A stretch of 64,000 nt of DNA from the human T2T-CHM13v2.0 reference genome, Homo sapiens: the NCBI RefSeq assembly GCF_009914755.1, contig NC_060925.1; one strand, given 5' to 3'. Made by a program: the position numbers and the translations under genes. Position 1 is the stretch's first letter. Every line of letters starts with the position of its first letter. Under the pieces are notes generated by a model. The model saw only the letters and a program-made list of their open reading frames with translations, was not told the DNA's origin and searched no databases. This document shows, in pieces, positions 51,954-64,000 of the stretch.

Positions 51954-53270
51954 CTAAAATGAAGAAAAATAAAAAGTATGGCTTTTTAAAAGGTGGTAAG
52001 TGTAGAATTACTTCTAATTTAAGCTCTAAACAAAGTAAGAGAAAGTAATATGGATTATAAGCTCTGTAAGGGCAATAATTATTTTACGCATTTTTTTTTA
52101 CTTCCCCATGCTTAGCGTATAGAAATATTTGTCCCTTATTTGAGTTTTACTCTGTGGTTCTGGCCTAATTTGCATGAAAATATGTGGTTAATAATTCAAA
52201 ATTCCTTGAAATTTGAGCAGAGAAAAAAATTTAGTACATTTCTTATTTCTAGTTGAAATACCTAAACTAAAGTTGATACTTACTGGAGGACTGTAATTTG
52301 GTAGTATGACAAGCCATATGTACATATGGTAATAGAAATCAAGACCACATGTAGCACAGGAAACCTCACTCAGCTATGAGCTCCTTGAAGAGAGGGAACA
52401 CCTCTGATTCATCTATGTGCCTGGAACATAGCAGGTTCTCATCTCAAATAGATACGTGATGAGTGAAAGGGAAAGTGTTTATCTATGGAACATATTGCGA
52501 GGATTAGAGAATCTCTAGCCAGTACTAGAGAAGAAAAGAGATGAGAAAGAATTGTCAGTGAAAAATAAAAGGTAGAGCTTGAAGAACAATAGGATTTGGG
52601 GGAAGAAAGGTGAGTGAAGACTCTAGAGAGATACCCATTTGGCTGCCCACGAACGGTAATGAAAAGGTTTCCTCCACTTCAAGCAAAAACAGTTATTAAA
52701 AAGTTTCAAAATGAAGAAGAAAAGACATGATGCCCTTTTAAAGAGTTTCCCCAAATAGTTCTATTCTTTTTGTTCTCCTTATGACTGTTTTATCCTCTAC
52801 TGAACTCTTCTTTTTTAATGGATTCCCTCCTTTTATACATTTAAGAGTTTAACCCATTATTTTACTTTCAACTCTTCAGAGGAAATGCTACATAAAATAA
52901 AAATAATATATTAAGCAATTTTCAGTCATTTCTGTAAAAAACCTGATTTTTAGTGAAACTTGCTTATGTCATTTTCCAAATAAATGAAAAAAAAGGCATC
53001 ACTGACGTATAGACTATCTTTTAAAAAAATCGTGCCACTTTAGGAGCTCTAATAATTCTGTCAGACTATTTAGGGGACATGTTAAATGATATCATAGTGG
53101 TCTAAAAAATGAGTATCTCTGGAAAAGCTTAAGAGCTTCAGGAATGCTCATGTGGGAACAGAGACGTTAGGGTCAGGCATTTTGAAAACAAGCTTCTAAA
53201 ATTTTGTCTAACAGTGTTTTTTTGTGGCTCCCCTGTGGGATCCAAATCTATCAATATTAAAGTTGAGAAA

Positions 53271-53612
<342 letters not shown>

Positions 53613-53765
53613 CTAAATTTTAGTTATAATTTATCATTCACAATTCCTTGCCAGGAATTCATATAAAAGGAACTTCCTTTTATATGAGTTGCAGAGTTTA
53701 AACTTCTAGTTTTTCAATGACACAGAAAGATACAAGGGCAACTGTTTTATATCATAGCATATTTA

Positions 53766-55120
<1,355 letters not shown>

Positions 55121-55449
55121 TCATAGAATATTTAAAGAGGAGTGCTTTATTGAAATGCTTTTTATACAGCTCTGATTGTTTTGAACTTCAATAGTGAACT
55201 GAAGTTCACACAAGCATACCTGGGTCATCCAGATGACCCCCTTATAAATGAGTACTGTTGCTTGGTTTCAAGGCTTGTGTTTGCATTTTGTGTAGATGTC
55301 AAGTGAAGGCCCACAGAGTCAAGAAGCAGTATGGTGTCGAAAGTTTCACCGTGGTTCAAATAAAGAAAAGCAGTGGCATAAATGTCATTACACATCACAC
55401 AGAAATGCAGCAAACCAAACCTTAAAGAATTTGCATCAGAGAAGACATT

Positions 55450-56332
<883 letters not shown>

Positions 56333-57427
56333 AGTGACAGATTGTAGTTAAAAATAGTGACCCTGGTAATTACAGTGACTAAAGTGATTTGTGAAGCTTC
56401 AAAAACAGAAAACAAAAAATATAGTTTTCTATTATGAAACTCAACACTTGTAATTTAGTTTTAGCAAAACAACACTGTCTACCATATTAATGCTTTAAAA
56501 TTGAATTTCACTGGTGGAATAAGTTTTGTTTGTATTTAACATGAACATTTGACATATGTGAGCTATGAGCGCAAATAATTTATATCCAGTGTTCTGTCTT
56601 ACATAAAGTAATATTACAAGGAATAATAGTCAAAACAAGGTGTAGGTGTGTAAAAACCTTTTCCTCTTAAAATAGGTCACAGATTACTGCACTTTGAGAT
56701 ACACTGAGTTATTTCATCTTTAAGGTCCTTTACAACGTCTTTCCCTTACCTTTTCATTTTCTGTGATTTCCTTCTGCAAACCCTTACAGTGCTTACAATT
56801 CACATTCTACTATCTTATGCTGTTTTTATAACGAAGAATTGAGTTGAAGATTAAAATCCACTTTAGCTTTAAGGCTTGCTTGATTTTTCTATTTTGAAGT
56901 AAAAATTATACCTACTTCCTATTTTTGGAGGCAATACTTCTTATCATTACAACCTGAGGAGGCCAAAGAAATATGTAAAGTTCCCCTTAGGTATAAACCA
57001 AAACATCCGCATCACTGGTCAATCCTTTTGATTGTAGATGATAACCAAGACCATGGTATGCATGTGTACACTGGCACACCAATGCTCAAACTATTCTCTA
57101 GTCCTTCTCTTCTTGCTTGAAAAATCCTATTATGTCACTGCCCTGCGAGGCTTTCCCTGGGAATAACAATTCTCTCTGCTCCCTGAGGGAGGTTACCGTC
57201 TGAAACGATGAATTCTTTTTTCCTCTGAGCTCCCCAAAGCACTCTCTCATATCGCTAACACAGCATTTACCTCGCACAGGATTCTGCTTTCGCTGCTGCA
57301 CCTGTCTTGCACTGACTGGCACACAGCTTTAGGCCAGGACCATGCTATTCATCACCTGGGAGAGTGCCTGGCATCACAAGAGTCTAATCAGGTTTTGCTG
57401 CACTCGATTGAAATCCAAATGACATAC

Positions 57428-57658
57428 CGGATAGGTGATTTCTTTGACCTGTTCTCGGGTCTCCCTGAAAGCAAACTGCACTAGCAACCCCACAGCAGCT
57501 GGAAGCTCTCCTTCAATATTGAGCTTGGCTCCAGGTCTGCTCACATGGGCCATGTGGAACAGCTGACGGGGAGTCTGCCCGTAGGTTTTTATCATGGTTT
57601 CTAGCGCTCGTCTCTGAACTGGATCTTCAACTGCAGAGACATCCATTCCAAAATATGT
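57428..57658 (-). CDS. LYST: LYST coding exon (exon 45), end of BEACH domain
   Basis: Acceptor CTCTGCAG, donor GTATGT. 231 nt, phase 0-0, [34 protein letters not shown]...KEITYP (GQTPxQLF motif). Confidence 0.97.
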
Positions 57659-58436
57659 CTGCAGAGTGAAAGAGTAAAGGAACAAGACATATGTAGTAAA
57701 AAGAAAGACTTGACAATAATACCAAAGGGAAAAACAACACTTTGTTTTATATTCTAGGTTATGGAAAAAATGCTTTTGTTCAGGTTAACAATCACTCATG
57801 GTCTCACTGAGATCAGAAGTATCAATGTTTCTGAATAGGTGAACAAAAACAACGTATCTTGACTGATGGTTATAATTAGTTATGTTTATAAAATTAGCTT
57901 TTAATTTAAGATCTGAGAATATCATATATGACCTGATACTAAATTATTGAAGAAGTTGCTTATCCAAAGCAATATATAGGAAAAGGCAAAAATGAAGTTA
58001 AAATACAATGCTGGTAGATAGTTGAAGAGATAATTATTTAGGTTCTAATCAATATTGGGGATAAAACCAAAAGAGCAGCAATGAAAATTCAAAGCTCTTA
58101 AATGTAAAGGGTATTATTGTACTAATAAAATTACTGCACTAAGAAGCATATTTTTTCTTAGTGTCATTATCCCGTAGAGTCAGATGGAGAGCAATGCACA
58201 TTTACTTATTTCTAAAGCTGGCGGTCAGTAATTGAGTACAGATCAGCCATATTTTGTACATATCCACTTGATGGCTTAGCTTTTCGTATATTTAATCAGT
58301 CATAGTGGCTTTCATTACATATCTAGACATAACATTTCTATAAATGCCAAAATAAAATTCCAAAGATATTTCAGAAGTTAGGTCATCTTCAACTCCATTC
58401 TCCTCACCACAACTCCCAGCACCAGTGATCAAATCC

Positions 58437-59470
58437 TTTTTTTAAAAAAACCTTTAGGTTCAGCAGTACATGTGCAGGTTTGTTATTTGGGTAAACTTGA
58501 GTCACAGGGGTTTGTTGTACAGATGATTTCATCACCCAGGTACTAAGCCTAGTACCCAGTAGTTATTTTTTCTGATCCTCTCCCTCCTCCTATCCCTCAC
58601 CCTAAAATAGGCACCAGTGTCTGTTGTTCCCCTCTTTGTGTCCATGAGTTCTCATTTAGCTTCCACTTACAAGTGAGAACATGTGGTATTTGGTTTTCTG
58701 TTCCTGCATTAGTTTGCTAAGGGTAATGGCCTCCAGCTCCATACACGTTCCAACAAAGGACATGATCTTGTTCTTTTTTATGGCTGCAAAGTATTCCATG
58801 GTGTATATATACCACATTTTCTTTATCCAATCTGTCATTGATAGCCATTTAGGTTGATTCCATGTCTTTGCTATTGTGACTAGTGCTGCAGTGAACATTC
58901 ATGTACATGTGTCTTTACGGTAGAATGATTTACATTCTTTTGGGTATATACCTAGTAAAGGGATTGCTGGGTAGAATAGTAGTTCTGTTTCTAGCTCTCT
59001 GAGGAATCACCACACTGCCTTCCACAGTGGTTGAACTAATTTACATTCCCTCCAACAGTGTACAAGTGTTCCCTTTTCTCCAGAACCTCGCCAGCATCTG
59101 TTATTTTTGACTTTTTAGTAATAACCATTCTGACTGGTGGGAGACGGCATCTCACTGTGGTTTTGATTTGCATTTTTCTATTGATCAGTGATATTGAGCT
59201 TTTTTTCATATGTTTGTTGGTCACACGTATGTCTTGTTTTGAAATGTGTCTGTTTATGTCCTTTGCACACTTTTTAATGAGGTTGTTTTTTTCTTATACA
59301 TTTGTTTAAGTTCCTTATAGATGCTGGATATTACACCTTTGTCAGATGTACAGTTTGCAAATATTTTCTCCCATTCTGTAGGTTGTCTGTTTACTCTATT
59401 GATAGTTTTTTTTCCTGTGCAGAAGCTCTTAAGTTAGATCCCACTTGTCAATTGTTGCTCTTGTTGTGAA
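58437..59470 (-). mobile_element. Older L1PA (PA13-16-like) 3' fragment
   Basis: GTACATGTGCAGGTTTGTTA..TTCATCACCCAGGTACTAAGCCTAGTACCC and ORF2 C-terminal remnants (ORFs 58656..58898, 59036..59224). Confidence 0.9.
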
Positions 59471-59699
59471 TACTTTTTATAAACACTTATCTAAGAAAGG
59501 CCAATTGCAATGGCTACTTAATGTACTCAAAAAATCAAATAAGGATTGATACACTCCTGTAGCTAGAACTGTTTTAAAATTTATTTTAAAATAGTGCTTT
59601 TCAACATTCTGTGGTATTCATTTCTAAGTGAACCCCATGTATTAGTGAACGGTCATTAAGGGCAACAGGCATCTCTACATGCCTTTTTAAAAAGTTAAC

Positions 59700-60774
<1,075 letters not shown>

Positions 60775-60855
60775 TCCTAATTGCTTTTAAAGTTGCATTT
60801 TGGAATCAAATGAAGCTCAAAAATCAGACCCGAAGCCTTGCATTTATTTTATACT

Positions 60856-61350
60856 TGATGGAGTTTAGGACACACAACCCCAAAATTTCGTACCCTGGCA
60901 TACTGAAGGAATCTGAGGAACAGCATGTGCACGAAGGACTTTTTGGCTTTCCCCTGAAGCAGATCATAAGATTTTCACTTAGGAGTTACCCTCCCTATAC
61001 CTGTAGTAAAGAAGCACCCTCATTTCAGAAGACAAAGGGACACAGAGGAATCTGAACAAACAGGTCCTGCTATTCCCCTGGTTAATCACACTTAGCTCCT
61101 ACTCCTTTGTCCTATCATTTTTCTTCATGACATTCCATTCCTCATCAAACCAGACATAAAAACATTCAGGTTTAACTACTTGGGGTCTTATTTCCACGTG
61201 AAGCCTCCCGTGCCACATAAAACTTGCATTAAATAAATTTATATGCTTTTCTCTTGTTAATCTGGGTTTTTGTTTTTCTTTGTTTTTGTTATTTTGCAGA
61301 GGCTCCAGCAAGTGAACCTGAGGAAAAGAAGGCATTTTTTCTCCCTTACA
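60856..61350 (+). mobile_element. LTR37-like ERV1 solo LTR
   Basis: TG..GGACACACAACCCCAAAAT...CTCCCTTACA; TSD TACT/TATT. Confidence 0.7.
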
Positions 61351-62026
61351 TATTAATATTATATGTAAAGTTGTTATTCACCAATGAAACTATATTATTC
61401 TCCTTTTTTAGAATGAACTTTTCCATAGCATTTATCTTCTATTAGAATAATTAGGAAGCCTATCTTATTCTCTTTTCTAGATTATAAATCTCTTAAGAAA
61501 TTTAATTTTATATGACTTCAGACGTACTCAAAATAATTATGGAACAAAATGAACTAATGAGCTTTTTATTTTAAAGCTACTTTTGGGGAATGGACTACTG
61601 GCCTAAATAAGCTCAGATATGGAGTGGTCTACTGTAGGTTCTGTGTGTGCACTTTACCTGTATTTGTTATAAACGCTTGTAGATTTGCTACAGTCGACAC
61701 AGAAAATTACAGTTAGTGGAGAAGTCCTTCAGATATTTCCTTTTAAAAGGAAGTATCTTTCTTTTCAGAATCTGCTTTTTCACCTCCCACTCCTTGAGGG
61801 ATTTCCTTTCAGCGGCCTCATTTGGACTCTACTACTACATCCAGGCAGGCCCATCTACCTTGGAGAGGAAAGTTGGCTTTCCTCCTAACCCCCTTCACCC
61901 TATTTGAGTCTTATTTACTTTTGCATCCCCAGCACCTAGCAAAATAAATGTTTCCTGAAGAGGTAAGATTTTTTTTTTCTAAAGTTAGTCTAGCCAACAA
62001 CATCAAAAAGTATACTTGAAAATGTA

Positions 62027-62990
<964 letters not shown>

Positions 62991-63053
62991 AGTACTTTTT
63001 CTGTAATAAGAAAACATGGTGCCATTTTAAAGTAGAACATGTATGTAGGATAG

Positions 63054-63590
63054 TGTGCGGAAAAGAGTTAACATAGCAAGATTGACTGCTATCTCTGGAA
63101 AGGCCTGCTTGCAAAGTTGGCTCTTGGCTGTTGTCTGGGAACCTGGATTTCAGGAGAGGTCCTACCATTCCCTAACTGATAAGAGTGGCTTACTGTGCCT
63201 AAACTGTACAAACAATGCAGTTTATACCGAACACCTGCTTTCCTTCTGAGGCTGGAATTTCAGTATGTGCGAGGCAGAGGGTGCCTACGTTGCCAATCTC
63301 AATAAAAGTCTTGCACACTGAGTCTCTAATGAGATTCCCTGGCAGACAACATTTCACATGTGTCATTATGACTCGTTGCTGGAGGAGGCTGAGTATGCTT
63401 TTTGTGCTTTACCAGGGGTAGATTCTTGGATGTTTGTGCCTGCTTTCTCCCAGACTTTGCCCCATGCTGATTCTACTTTGTATCATTTACTGTAATAAAC
63501 CTGAGCTGGAAGGATGACTATATGCTGAATCCTCAAGTCCACCTAGTGAATCATCAAACCTGGGGATTGTTTTGGGGCACCTCTGAAAAA
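63054..63590 (+). mobile_element. MER68/MER77-like ERVL solo LTR
   Basis: TGTGCGGAAAAGAGTTAACATAGCA...; 5-bp TSD GATAG (63049-53, 63591-95). Confidence 0.8.
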
Positions 63591-63772
63591 GATAGTATCT
63601 TGTTTTTAAAGAGAGGAAATATAAAACCTGAAAAATCTTAGGTGACAGTTTAATGCTACTACCAATTCTCTTTGATAACTTGAGTGTTTTAAAGGAATGG
63701 CCGAACAACTAACCTTAAAATATTCAGGTTCTATCTTATATAAATACAGATTGTTTTAAAAGAGTCACTTAC

Positions 63773-63990
63773 AGCAGGATGAAAAACATTGATCGCTTGA
63801 ACAGAAGCCTTCCCCTTTTGCTTATACCCAAACACCAAGTCAATCCACTGACAGATGTTCTGCGACACGTAGTCAGACTCTAGAGCCTGCCGATGGATGA
63901 GGATAAAAAGACGAGGATCATTACGCGCCCAAGGGGGAAGGTTGACGTGATTAACCCGTTCACCATTCTGACGCACACCAAAATCAAAAC
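63773..63990 (-). CDS. LYST: LYST coding exon (exon 44), BEACH domain
   Basis: Acceptor TCTCTTTTAG at 64000-63991, donor GTAAGT at 63772-63767. 218 nt encoding (G)[72 protein letters not shown], with BEACH motifs LPPWA and [10 protein letters not shown]. Confidence 0.97.
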
Positions 63991-64000
63991 CTAAAAGAGA

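Overview
Human (or very close primate) genomic DNA, recognisable as the GNG4-LYST region of chr1q42.3. The minus strand carries the last 10 coding exons of LYST (exons 44-53 if the 53-exon model I recall is right). They encode the end of the BEACH domain and the C-terminal WD40 repeats, all with GT-AG junctions in consistent phase, a stop at 17613-17615 and a ~1.9 kb 3'UTR ending near an AATAAA at 15727-15732. A CpG island at ~3150-5500 holds a minus-strand non-coding first exon, assigned to GNG4 by remembered gene order only. The rest is repeats: ~37 Alus, L1, L2, MIR, DNA transposons and a three-element LTR/ERV nest. I found no convincing new gene or biological system. The most notable sequence-level observations are: an AluJ target-site duplication that copied a LYST splice donor, a split RE1/REST motif in the island, a provirus whose gag-pol is replaced by older host DNA, and several local templated duplications. 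Repeat family names come from memory of consensus sequences, repeat boundaries are approximate, and identity figures are by-eye estimates.
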